In this document: in pieces, positions 37,747 to 46,583 of the stretch
How positions within the stretch are numbered: the first letter of the stretch is position 1
How the letters are laid out: each line of letters starts with the position of its first letter
Assembly (NCBI GenBank): GCA_913043225.1
Contig: CAJWLU010000006.1
Coordinates: 96,001 to 160,000, forward strand
From: an uncultured Acidobacteriota bacterium
GTDB taxonomy: Bacteria; Acidobacteriota; Vicinamibacteria; Vicinamibacterales; UBA8438
Direction of reading: 5' to 3'
Length of the DNA: 64,000 nt
Notes under the pieces: generated by a model
What the model was told of the DNA's origin: nothing
The model's database searches: none
The model's input: only the letters and a program-made list of their open reading frames with translations
Position numbers and translations under genes: made by a program

Positions 37747-39138
37747 ATGACGCGTACCGTTCGGTTCGTTGCTAGCATCGCCGTCCTGGTCGCGCTCGGC
37801 TGGCGCCGTCTTACGACGCCGCCAGGTCCGTGGCTGCTGGTAATGCTGTTGCTGATGCTTGGACCTCACCAAGGACGGCCACTACGAGCCCAGACGGAGA
37901 GCCGGCTTTTTGTCCAGGTCTTCGCGGCCGACGGATCGGCAGTTACCGACCTCACCGCTGAAGACTTCGTGATCGAGTCCGGCAACGTGGAGGGCCGGGT
38001 GATTCGAGCCGAGTTGGTGGAGGAGCCGCTGCGTCTAGCCTTGCTCGTCGATGACGCTGATGGGGCTGACCCGTACTTCCGGTTTTTGAGGAATGGGTTA
38101 CCGGTCTTTGTCGATGCGCTACCAAGCACGAGCGAGGTATCTCTCGTGCTCTTGTCGGGAAGGCCTCGGGTTGTCGTTGACCACACAGAAGGACTGGCGG
38201 AGGTCAGGGACCACCTCAATGGACTCTTTACGTGGCAGGGCACGTCGGCCGGTTTCTTCGACGGCCTTACTGAGACGCTGGCAGGGTTCGACCCGCAGCT
38301 CAACTGGCCCGTCATGGCGGTCGTCACGACGGACGGCGCATCGCGACGTGACATCTTCAGCGAGGGGAAATACAGCGACTTCCGAGAGCGGCTCGCAAGC
38401 AGTGGAGCGACGGTTCATGCCCTGGGACTTAGTACGCCGACAGGTGATGGGTTCCAGACACGTCTTGTGGAGGATGTCGCCCGGTTGTCGGGCGGCAGCT
38501 ACCTCACATTGAATTCGCCCAGTCAGGCGGTGACTGACCAGCTCACCGTCATAGCCGCGGAGATCTCTCGACGCTATGCAGCGTCGTTGAATCAGTACCT
38601 AGTCGTGTACGAGCTGCCGCCAGGCTCCGACCCCGACGTGCTCGCATCGGCCGGTGTGCGTCGCCCTGATGTGACGCTGCATCTCTCGGCCGATGGTCGC
38701 CCCCGACCAGGCGGACTGACAGGGGCAGCCAGGAGGGCGCTCGCCATTCAAGAGCTCAACGACGCGATCAGCGCCAGGCAGGCCCAGGTGACTGCTCTCC
38801 AAGCAGAGATCGAGGAACTGCAGCGGGAGGCCAGCGCACTTGTTGGGACGACCCAACCGCCGGCGAACGCAAGCGGAAGCGCAGGAAGAGCGGAACCATG
38901 GAATGCCGCGGAAGCGGCGTTCGCGAACGGACAGATGGAAGAGGCGATTACGTTGTATCGGCAGGCGCACGAGGCGGACCCGACCTGGGGGAAACCGCTG
39001 TTCAAGCTGGCGCTCGTGGCGCTGAATCAAGGCGATGTCGAAACCGCGGTGACCTACTTCGAGGAAGTGGTGGCGGTCGACCCGAATTCGGGAGAGGCCG
39101 CTCAGGCGACTGAATTCGTCGAGCAGTTGAAGCCATAA
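37747..39138 (+). CDS. Acidobacterial VWA-like domain protein with coiled coil and C-terminal TPRs (start uncertain)
   Basis: VTDLTAEDFVI.., LALLVD, VVTTDG; TPR-like EAITLYRQA.EADP and TAVTYFEEVVAVDPNS. Confidence 0.75.
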   Translation: MTRTVRFVASIAVLVALGWRRLTTPPGPWLLVMLLLMLGPHQGRPLRAQTESRLFVQVFAADGSAVTDLTAEDFVIESGNVEGRVIRAELVEEPLRLALLVDDADGADPYFRFLRNGLPVFVDALPSTSEVSLVLLSGRPRVVVDHTEGLAEVRDHLNGLFTWQGTSAGFFDGLTETLAGFDPQLNWPVMAVVTTDGASRRDIFSEGKYSDFRERLASSGATVHALGLSTPTGDGFQTRLVEDVARLSGGSYLTLNSPSQAVTDQLTVIAAEISRRYAASLNQYLVVYELPPGSDPDVLASAGVRRPDVTLHLSADGRPRPGGLTGAARRALAIQELNDAISARQAQVTALQAEIEELQREASALVGTTQPPANASGSAGRAEPWNAAEAAFANGQMEEAITLYRQAHEADPTWGKPLFKLALVALNQGDVETAVTYFEEVVAVDPNSGEAAQATEFVEQLKP

Positions 39139-39287
39139 CTATTTCCAAGGTAGAACCCTTTGAACTCGGGGTCCACATGGAGGATCGAGTAAGGGAGCTC
39201 GAAAAACGTCAATCTGTCGTCGGCGTGGGCGCTGCGATGGGCGTCGGCCCTGGAAGAGCTTCTCAGGAACGAACTCTTCAACCTCGG

Positions 39288-39357
39288 CTTCATACCCGAG
39301 CAGATCGCCGAAGCCCAACGCCTCGCCCGCGAGTGGGACGCCGCGCACTCGCGGTAG
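39288..39357 (+). pseudogene. Sel1-protein tail remnant 2
   Basis: Reads FIPEQIAEAQRLAREWDAAHSR*; 46/50 identical to 39628-39677. Confidence 0.75.
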
Positions 39358-39445
39358 ACATCACGTAGATTTCTTCCCTGCTGATACCGTCATGGCAAAA
39401 CCCGAGGAGATGTTACGCGCTCAGGCGGTTCGTTGACACGCCCGT

Positions 39446-39677
39446 GCGCAATTCAACCTCTGGATCATGTACGCCCACGGCGACCAACAAGACGGCGTTC
39501 CGCAGGACGACGTCCTGGCACCGGTGTTGTGCAATCGTGAGGCCTCACAACGGACTGGTGAGATTCAGGAGAGTGCAGCCGAGTTACGCGACCCCCGTTA
39601 GAGCCCTGATGACGCCAGAGGAGGTCACCGAAGCCCAACGCCTCGCCCGAGAGTGGGACGAGGCGCACCCGCGGTAG
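39446..39677 (+). pseudogene. Degenerate Sel1-repeat protein (remnant 3)
   Basis: AQFNLWIMYAHG..GVPQDDVLA, then a frameshift to MTPEEVTEAQRLAREWDEAHPR*. Confidence 0.75.
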
Positions 39678-39701
39678 CTGGGAGACTGCAAGCTGTCTGA
39701 G

Positions 39702-39920
39702 GTGCTGCTGTTCACGCTCGTAAGTCTGGCGCTGTTCGCGCTGGCAATCGCTATGCCGAAGGTGATGCGCCTTAGAATCAGATTCTTTAAGTGGATTCAT
39801 TGGACTTGGGCTGTCCGCGTGCACGAAGAGCACTTCGACACACTAGTCCTCCTCGCTCGTTCTGTTCTGATTGGGATGGCGGGAGTGCTGTTTTTGTTCT
39901 CTGTTGCGAGCGTGTTGTAG
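39702..39920 (+). CDS. Small two-TM hypothetical protein
   Basis: Two hydrophobic segments in a 72-aa ORF. Confidence 0.5.
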   Translation: MLLFTLVSLALFALAIAMPKVMRLRIRFFKWIHWTWAVRVHEEHFDTLVLLARSVLIGMAGVLFLFSVASVL

Positions 39921-40180
39921 TGGCGACGGAGACACCACAGTTCGCTGTCCTAGTTGTGAACGTGAGAGGACGGGCCGGGTTCGCAATGCCCGCACCATCC
40001 GTATAACCCCACGCCGACGGCCAGTCAGCACGGGTTGTGCTGGGTGCAGGTCTGTGGCCGCAGAGGCCCGCTGGGCGTGGAACGCCCAGCAAATTGGCAC
40101 ATCGTTGGCATAAAGTGCGAAACGAGAAGGACGGTGAGCGGGGCGTCCGCTCACCCATGGCCGGTTTTATTGAGGAAATG

Positions 40181-40255
40181 TGGTGGGTCGCGCTGGGATC
40201 GAACCAGCGACACCCTGATTAAAAGTCAGGTGCTCTACCACTGAGCTAGCGACCC
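40181..40255 (-). tRNA. tRNA-Lys(TTT)
   Basis: GGGTCGCTAGCTCAGTGGTAGAGCACCTGACTTTTAATCAGGGTGTCGCTGGTTCGATCCCAGCGCGACCCACCA. Confidence 0.97.
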
Positions 40256-40751
40256 TCGGTTCTCGATAGGACAACACGCCGCAGGCATTTCTGTGAGCTG
40301 CGATCTTCGCCCGGGTCCGGAGGTTTATATCGTTCTGTCGGAGGTGTCCATGTGCTCGGTCCACACCTGCATTTCTGCGCTGAGCGGAGACGGCGGCTTA
40401 GGCCATGTGCTGCCGCTGGCGTCCAGGCAAGATCCGGCCTCACCGGTCACAGAATGCGAAGGGATCTACGACGGGCTTTCGCTGGAACTTGGCGACCATC
40501 TGTGGGATCTCGTCAACGCGGATCTGAGTCTCGTGAATGCACTCAACCATCCATGGTCGGTAGTTGAATGCGTGCGGCGTGGGTCGACACGGTGTCGTCC
40601 CTACGCCACACGAATTCCAACCGTTCCCTCTCGCCGGCCGCTGGAGAACGCGCCGGCCGGGCACGCAGAGTGGTTGCCCCGGGACTGCGTGCGGGGGCAA
40701 ACGGGGCCCCACGGGTCCCGCCGGGGCTTCGGCGAAAGCCCCAGGAAAAAC

Positions 40752-41378
40752 CTAGTGCACCACTATGGGCACCGACGCCGCCATAGCACCCCACTCAAAT
40801 CGGAGCTCGCTGTTCTCAATGAAGATGGTCAGCTGGTCCGCCGGGGTGTCCAACGTGCTCACGCTCATCTCGGCGCGGCCAAGGTCGCTGTCCTCGTTGT
40901 AGGCGGTACCCCATTGACCGGTCTCGCTGTTAACGATCAATTCGGTGGTGTCACCAGAGGTCAGGGTGAAAAGGGTGTACTCGCCGGCCGGCACATGTAC
41001 CGACCCCACCATAAGGTCACCGCTGGTGCTGAAGGTGGTCGCCTCGTCTGCCCCGAGTCGCCAGACCTTGTCCGCAAGCGGCTCGACACTGTCCCCGACC
41101 ACACGGTCCCGCAGGTACGGCCGGCCGTAGGTGACCGACAGGTTCGCGCCGCTAACCTCCCAGTCGACCTGGACATGAGGGCTGCCCGCAGCACCTTCGT
41201 GCACCGGCGTGAGGGTGCCGCCGCCGAGCATGCTCTGCGCGGCCGGTGCTTCCTCAGGCGCCGCTGCCTCGGGGGTAGCGCCCGCGGGCTCAGAGGATGC
41301 CATCTCCGTACCGCCGCCGCAGCCGACGGCCATGGCGAGGCCAAACACTACCGCCGTTCCACTCTTGGACCAAAACAT
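40752..41378 (-). CDS. DUF2911-like lipoprotein
   Basis: Lipobox AVGC; SP, TYGRPYLRDR, VWRLGADEAT, VPAGEYTLF, GQWG. Confidence 0.85.
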   Translation of the reverse strand: MFWSKSGTAVVFGLAMAVGCGGGTEMASSEPAGATPEAAAPEEAPAAQSMLGGGTLTPVHEGAAGSPHVQVDWEVSGANLSVTYGRPYLRDRVVGDSVEPLADKVWRLGADEATTFSTSGDLMVGSVHVPAGEYTLFTLTSGDTTELIVNSETGQWGTAYNEDSDLGRAEMSVSTLDTPADQLTIFIENSELRFEWGAMAASVPIVVH

Positions 41379-41393
41379 CACAGATACCTCCAT

Positions 41394-41660
41394 TCAGAAA
41401 AAGAGCGACTCACTATAACGCATCGCGCCCGGAGTGACGGAGCACGGACGCCACCGCGGCAGAATCCCGTGCAGCGTCACCGACAGTGCGATCTTGATCA
41501 CCAGCCCGGCGGTTTGGTCCTGGTCGTCAACGAAGGGGTTCAGCGGCGAACGGATGCGGCGTAAGCGCCGTGCCTCTTTCTTGACCATGCTCATAACAGT
41601 CTGATAATATTCGATTTGCGGCTTCGTCACCCGGTCTTTATGCCGCATCAGCAGTCGCAT
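41394..41660 (-). CDS. Small basic hypothetical protein
   Basis: ATG ORF with a protein-like N-half; only 23 bp from the divergent gene, so uncertain. Confidence 0.4.
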   Translation of the reverse strand: MRLLMRHKDRVTKPQIEYYQTVMSMVKKEARRLRRIRSPLNPFVDDQDQTAGLVIKIALSVTLHGILPRWRPCSVTPGAMRYSESLFF

Positions 41661-41683
41661 TTTCCGGAAGGGAACGGTCGGCC

Positions 41684-41941
41684 ATGAAGCGCTTCGAGAT
41701 TGGGGCTAGGGTGCATGAACCCACCTACGGGCTCGGTTCGGTTATCGCTGTCGAAGACGCCTTCACTCGGATTCAGTTCGACGACAACACCGTTCGCAAG
41801 TTCTTGACGAGCATCGCGAAGATCAAGCCGTCGAGCGAGCCGGCGCCCACCACTCGGCCCCGCACCCGGAAGCGGAAGACCGCGACTAAGACTAAGGCTA
41901 AGACTAAGGCTAAGACTAGCCCCGACGGCGATTCCGACTAG
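41684..41941 (+). CDS. Small Tudor/SH3-like protein (PcrA/UvrD C-terminal domain-like) with Lys-rich tail
   Basis: FEIGARVHEPTYGLGSVIAVE...IQFDD..RKF; (A/G)CTAAG tandem repeat at 41885-41918. Confidence 0.65.
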   Translation: MKRFEIGARVHEPTYGLGSVIAVEDAFTRIQFDDNTVRKFLTSIAKIKPSSEPAPTTRPRTRKRKTATKTKAKTKAKTSPDGDSD

Positions 41942-41945
41942 TCCG

Positions 41946-43346
41946 TCAATTATCGGTGAATTGCTCGCCATGCCACGACAGGACGGCTTTGGCGGTGGTT
42001 CGTCCGTCGGTAATGCAGTCGGGTATGCCGGATACGCGGAAGCCGGCGCCCGCGAGAAAGAGCCCCGGCCAGCCTGCTAGCCGTCGTTCCACAGTGTTCA
42101 CCCGGGCCAGGTGTCCGACCTCGTGCTGCGCCATGGCCCGTGGCCAGCGATAGACCCGACTCAGTCCCGGCTGGCGGTCAATGCCGAGCAGTCGGGCGAA
42201 CGTATCGTGAGTCTCAGCGCGGAGCGTGTCGTCGTCGCGTTCGAGAACGTTGGGGTCGCGCGCCCCGCCCAGGAAGCCGCGAACCAGTATCTGCCCTGGC
42301 GGCGCGCGCCCCGGCCACTTCGACGTCACCCAGGAGCCGGCCATTAGGCGGGTGTCTCGCTGGACACGAGGCACGACGAAGCCGGAACCCGTCTTCGGTC
42401 GCCGGACCGCCGAGCTGGAATAGGCGAGAAGCACTGTTGCGGTCGACATGTAGGGTACACCCGCGCAGAGGGTGGCGAGTTCTGGGTCGAGCGCCCGGAC
42501 CATGTCGGCCACCGCATAGGCAGGCGTGGCCAGGACGAGCGCCTCCGCCTCGAGAACCTCTCCGTCGGCCAGAATCACTCGAAACGGAGCGCGTCCCTCG
42601 ATCCGGGATACCTGCGCGTTGTAGCGAATCGACGGGGCCGGGAGTGCCTCGCGGAGCGCCGTGACGAGTTCCTCGATACCACCCGGCAGGGAGCGGAAGA
42701 GTCCATCAGGGGCCGGGGGTGTCCGGGCGCGCGCGTGCCGCATCGCGCGGATAAGACTGCCCATCGTCTGCTCCGCCGTGGCGAGGCGGGGGAACAAGGC
42801 CCGTAGGGAGAGCCTCTCGACGTCTCCAGCGTGGATCCCGGCCAATAGCGGTTCAGCGACGCGTTCTACCACCTCCTCACCGAGCCGGCGGCGGAAGAAG
42901 GCCCCCACCGACTCATCGTCGGCTCCGCCAGGCGAAACTAGCGGCTCGAGCGCCATTCTGAGCTTACCGAGCGGCGAGATTAGGCCGGTGGTCAGCCAGG
43001 GGGCTATCGATGTGGGAATTCCGAGCACAGAGTTCGCCGGAAGCCGATGCAGTCGATCGGCGAGGACGTACGCGGTGCGCGGGGTAAGGGTTGAGATAAG
43101 ACGGTCCGTAAGGCCGAGATCCCGACATAGGTCAAGTGCGCCCGGTTTCTGGACGAGCAGGGAGTCCGGACCCGCATCAAGCACGAATCCGCCAGCCTGT
43201 TCGGTGCGAATCAGGCCGCCCAGCCGGGATCGAGCCTCAAGAAGGGTGAACGGCGCGCTCTGCTGGCACAACTCATAAGCGGCGGCGAGCCCAGACACAC
43301 CGCCGCCAACGATGATGGTCCGTTTTTGTCCCTCATTTTCGGTCAC
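41946..43346 (-). CDS. hemY: HemY-type protoporphyrinogen/coproporphyrinogen oxidase
   Basis: GGGVSGLAAA, RLGGLIRT, DAGPDS, EPLLAGIHAG, SKWPGRAP, GIPDCI. Confidence 0.92.
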   Translation of the reverse strand: MTENEGQKRTIIVGGGVSGLAAAYELCQQSAPFTLLEARSRLGGLIRTEQAGGFVLDAGPDSLLVQKPGALDLCRDLGLTDRLISTLTPRTAYVLADRLHRLPANSVLGIPTSIAPWLTTGLISPLGKLRMALEPLVSPGGADDESVGAFFRRRLGEEVVERVAEPLLAGIHAGDVERLSLRALFPRLATAEQTMGSLIRAMRHARARTPPAPDGLFRSLPGGIEELVTALREALPAPSIRYNAQVSRIEGRAPFRVILADGEVLEAEALVLATPAYAVADMVRALDPELATLCAGVPYMSTATVLLAYSSSAVRRPKTGSGFVVPRVQRDTRLMAGSWVTSKWPGRAPPGQILVRGFLGGARDPNVLERDDDTLRAETHDTFARLLGIDRQPGLSRVYRWPRAMAQHEVGHLARVNTVERRLAGWPGLFLAGAGFRVSGIPDCITDGRTTAKAVLSWHGEQFTDN

Positions 43347-43351
43347 GGTGG

Positions 43352-44395
43352 CTATTGCACCGTCTGGGCTTGGGCGGTCTGCTCGTGGACGAAACAAGCG
43401 AGAGTCTGCACCCGTTCCAGATTCGTCGGAGGGAGGATGCCGTGCCCCAGATTAAAGATGTGGCCCGGGCGACCCTGGGCCCGCTGAAGCACATCGAAGG
43501 CGCCACGCAGCATCCGGGTTTCTGGGCCTAGGAGTAAGGTTGGGTCAAGGTTGCCCTGCACGGCGCGGTCGGCGCCAACGAGGTCCCACCCGTGGTCTAG
43601 CGGAATTCGCCAGTCAAGGCCGATCACGTCTCCGCCGGCGTCACGCATCGCCTTTAGGATGGTCGTCGTGCCAGTGCCGAAGTGGAGCGTAGGGGCGTCA
43701 AGGCCCTGAAGCCGTTCGAAGATGGCGCGGGTGTGTGGGAGTGCAAACTCTCGATAGTCCTCGGGCGATAGCGCGCCCACCCAGGAGTCGAACACCTGTA
43801 CCGCCTGGGCGCCGGCTTCGATCTGCGCCACTAGGTAGTCCCCCACAATACTGGCGAAGGTGTTCGCGAGACGATGCCAGGCGTCTGGCTCGCCGTACAT
43901 CAGCGCCTTGGTGCGAGCGTAATTGCTCGACGGTCCGCCTTCGATCGCGTACGACGCCATTGTGAATGGCGCGCCGGCGAATCCGATGAGCGGCACCTTG
44001 TCGGCGAGTTGACTCCGAAGCAGTCGGATCGTCTCAAGGACGTGAGCGAGGTCCTCGCGGGGCTCAAAGCGTCGCAGCTGGTCAATCCGTTCGATGGTCC
44101 GCACTGGAGGGTCGATGACCGGGCCCTCGCCCTTGACGAAGTCGAAGGGAATGCCCATGGGGGCGAGGGGCAGCAGTAGGTCGGAGAAGAGAATCGCGGC
44201 ATCGACCTCAATCTCGTTGACCGGTTGCAGAGTGACCTCGGCAGCCAACTCCGGCTCGGCGCAGATCTCGAGCAGCGTGTGGCGCTCACGGATGGCCCGG
44301 TAGGAGGTCATGTAGCGTCCGGCCTGACGCATGAACCAGACCGGCGTTGCGTCAACGGGTTCGCGCCGACAGGCACGGAGAAAGCGATCGTTCAC
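43352..44395 (-). CDS. hemE: Uroporphyrinogen decarboxylase
   Basis: PVWFMRQAGRY, DAAILFSD, GFAGAPFT, QGNLDP, HIFNLGHGI. Confidence 0.97.
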   Translation of the reverse strand: MNDRFLRACRREPVDATPVWFMRQAGRYMTSYRAIRERHTLLEICAEPELAAEVTLQPVNEIEVDAAILFSDLLLPLAPMGIPFDFVKGEGPVIDPPVRTIERIDQLRRFEPREDLAHVLETIRLLRSQLADKVPLIGFAGAPFTMASYAIEGGPSSNYARTKALMYGEPDAWHRLANTFASIVGDYLVAQIEAGAQAVQVFDSWVGALSPEDYREFALPHTRAIFERLQGLDAPTLHFGTGTTTILKAMRDAGGDVIGLDWRIPLDHGWDLVGADRAVQGNLDPTLLLGPETRMLRGAFDVLQRAQGRPGHIFNLGHGILPPTNLERVQTLACFVHEQTAQAQTVQ

Positions 44396-44566
44396 ACACT
44401 ACCCCTTTGTAAAGGCCGAACGACGGAGGAGAGAAGTCGAGTCAAGCGGGGTTAAGCGCTCGGGTGAGGGCCACGAGATCGTCCAGCCACAGAAGCTAGC
44501 GACGCACCGAGGCGTACAGCGTGTCGATCTGTGCGGTCGTGCCGGCATCGTGAAAGTCATCGCCCA

Positions 44567-44890
44567 TCATGGGGATGACAGGATCTTGCTGGTGGTCGGC
44601 GCTTTCCGCAGATGTTGCGGGAACTGCAGGCCGCTGAGAATGGGGATCTTGGGACCGCGTTTGATCGCGTGGGGGTGCTCGTTAACTGCGAACCTGAGGC
44701 CATCCGGGGGCGGCGCCTTGTAGACAGCGTAGGTCTCGAACTGGAGCATCCTGGCGAACGCGACTCTGACGGGCCGGTGGTCGTTCTTGATCCGCCAGCC
44801 TTTCTCTCCTTCAGCGTCATGATGTCCAACGGACTCCTGTTGGGATTGTCCGACCGATGACAGGAATTCGTCAAGCTCGGTCGGGTGCAT
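44567..44890 (-). CDS. Hypothetical protein
   Basis: ATG ORF with protein-like composition; no motif recognised. Confidence 0.45.
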   Translation of the reverse strand: MHPTELDEFLSSVGQSQQESVGHHDAEGEKGWRIKNDHRPVRVAFARMLQFETYAVYKAPPPDGLRFAVNEHPHAIKRGPKIPILSGLQFPQHLRKAPTTSKILSSP

Positions 44891-44963
44891 GTGACGGGGA
44901 GATTTCGTACTGGTGTAGAATCTCCGCCGGATCTCGTGTGATCCAATGTGCTAATTAGGTCGG

Positions 44964-45644
44964 TTGGCCTATTCAGAGAACAGCGTGAGCCCGATCCTTC
45001 TGCGTCCGATCCGAGAGCAACTTGAGCACGACCGGGTTATCCGGCTCCTGGTAGTGAGGCTACGGCGGCGCTACGCCGTCGGCACCAATCTGGGTGACGA
45101 GCCCGAAGCTACGCCGGTAAAGTCTTTGGGGGAAGATGTTTACCCTGACCTCGTCTTGGTCACCTCGGATTCGCCGCGGCGCCTGCACGGCGTCATTGAG
45201 GTGGAGACTGCCGAGTCGGTGAATCACTTGGAAGCGCTGGCGGAGTGGGTACCGTTTGCGAAGGCTCGGGGGGCGTTCTACCTCTACGTGCCTGCGGGCA
45301 CGACGGACGTTGCGCTTCGACTGTGTCGGCAGCACAAGATTGCAGTTAGTGAGATCTGGAGCTACCACCCCGTTGGCGAGCAGATGCGTTTCACCATGAC
45401 GTATCGCTCCGGGCGGGCGTCTGCGGCTGGACGGGCGAGAGGGGCACGGCCGGGGAAGGTTGCCGCGAAGCGGGATGCTGGCACTAGGACCGGTAAATCT
45501 GCGAAGAGGGCCGCAACCAAGAAAACGCGGGCAGAAAGAGTAGCGCCCAAGAAGAAGACGGTCACGAAGAAGAGGGCGGCCACCAGCAAGAAGAAGGCGC
45601 CCGCGAAGAAGGCCGCCGCGAAGAAGGCCGCCGCGAAGAAGTAG
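44964..45644 (+). CDS. Hypothetical PD-(D/E)xK-like protein with histone H1-like AKK tail
   Basis: YPDLVLV...VIEVET; tail PAKKAAAKKAAAKK encoded by 15-bp tandem repeats. Confidence 0.7.
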   Translation: MAYSENSVSPILLRPIREQLEHDRVIRLLVVRLRRRYAVGTNLGDEPEATPVKSLGEDVYPDLVLVTSDSPRRLHGVIEVETAESVNHLEALAEWVPFAKARGAFYLYVPAGTTDVALRLCRQHKIAVSEIWSYHPVGEQMRFTMTYRSGRASAAGRARGARPGKVAAKRDAGTRTGKSAKRAATKKTRAERVAPKKKTVTKKRAATSKKKAPAKKAAAKKAAAKK

Positions 45645-45659
45645 GACCTTTCGATCCGG

Positions 45660-46487
45660 ATGCCTTTCCTTCGATTCTCTCGTGATAAGCGTGGTTACGA
45701 GAGCACCTACCTTTGTCATTCGTACCGGCAGAGCGGCACGCAGGACCTGCGGGTGCTTTACTGGTTTCGTACGCCGCCCGGTGTCCGGGTCGGCCGGTTA
45801 GCGCTTGACCCGAAGGCTATCCGGGCAATCGAAGAGGCGAATCCCCGTTTGAAGTTCGACTGGGACAAGATTCTCAAGGTCAAAGCACCCCCGCCGCCGC
45901 AGGAGTACGACCGGGAGGCGCGTGAAGAACGGCGGGCGAAACGACGACGGCGGGCCGCTAGTGAGGCGGAGAGTGAGATCGCCGTTGCGGCCGAGGGGGC
46001 CCGCGGTGAAACGCCGGGGTCTGGAGGCGCGCCGCCCGGGCCAGCCGAGCCCTGTCCGGAGGAGCCCTCTGGCGAGCCTAAGGACTCGGTCGCGCATGTG
46101 GCGCTAGCGCTCACCGATGGAGAGGGTCTGGCGCGGCTGCGAGCCCGGCACGCGACGATCGTTGCACGAATCGGAGATCGTAAGCGTGAACCGGAGAAGT
46201 TGGCGGCGCTTCAAGCCCAAGCGGCTCTGATCGACCCGGACTCTTGGAAGACCGTCGAAGAGGCGCGGGAACGGGTGGCCGCTCTGGACGAGACTACCGA
46301 GGCGTTGCGGCGTGCGCTCGGTCGCAGGCCGCGCCGCCGGCGTGGTGGTTCGGGGCGACGACGTGGCGCCGCGTCGGGCCGCCCCGACACGGCAGGCTCG
46401 GCCCCTGGCGCAAAGGCCTCCGAGCCTACGCCCGCGCCGGCGGACGGGTCCGCGCCATCGACTTCTTCCGACGAGAGCTCCGAGTAG
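45660..46487 (+). CDS. Hypothetical Arg-rich protein
   Basis: Starts 15 bp after the previous gene; ordered N-terminal domain MPFLRFSRDKRGYE..LYWFRTPP. Confidence 0.7.
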   Translation: MPFLRFSRDKRGYESTYLCHSYRQSGTQDLRVLYWFRTPPGVRVGRLALDPKAIRAIEEANPRLKFDWDKILKVKAPPPPQEYDREAREERRAKRRRRAASEAESEIAVAAEGARGETPGSGGAPPGPAEPCPEEPSGEPKDSVAHVALALTDGEGLARLRARHATIVARIGDRKREPEKLAALQAQAALIDPDSWKTVEEARERVAALDETTEALRRALGRRPRRRRGGSGRRRGAASGRPDTAGSAPGAKASEPTPAPADGSAPSTSSDESSE

Positions 46488-46583
46488 GGCCCCTCTCCCG
46501 TCGACCTTGCAGTCTTGGTAGGTCTCCTCTGGGGGGCGGAACGCGCCACGTCTGGCTCGGAGGGGGCTGCTATAATGAGGGTG

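Noticed and set aside
37585..39677. CRISPR array or integron attC sites
   Set aside because: The repeats are protein-coding, irregularly spaced and non-palindromic; no cas or intI genes
40293..41564. 423-aa plus-strand ORF
   Set aside because: Mostly an antisense shadow of the DUF2911-like gene; no motifs
41885..41918. Hexamer tandem repeat as a phase-variation tract (also the 15-mers near 45590-45640)
   Set aside because: Unit lengths are multiples of 3 and simply encode Lys-rich tails
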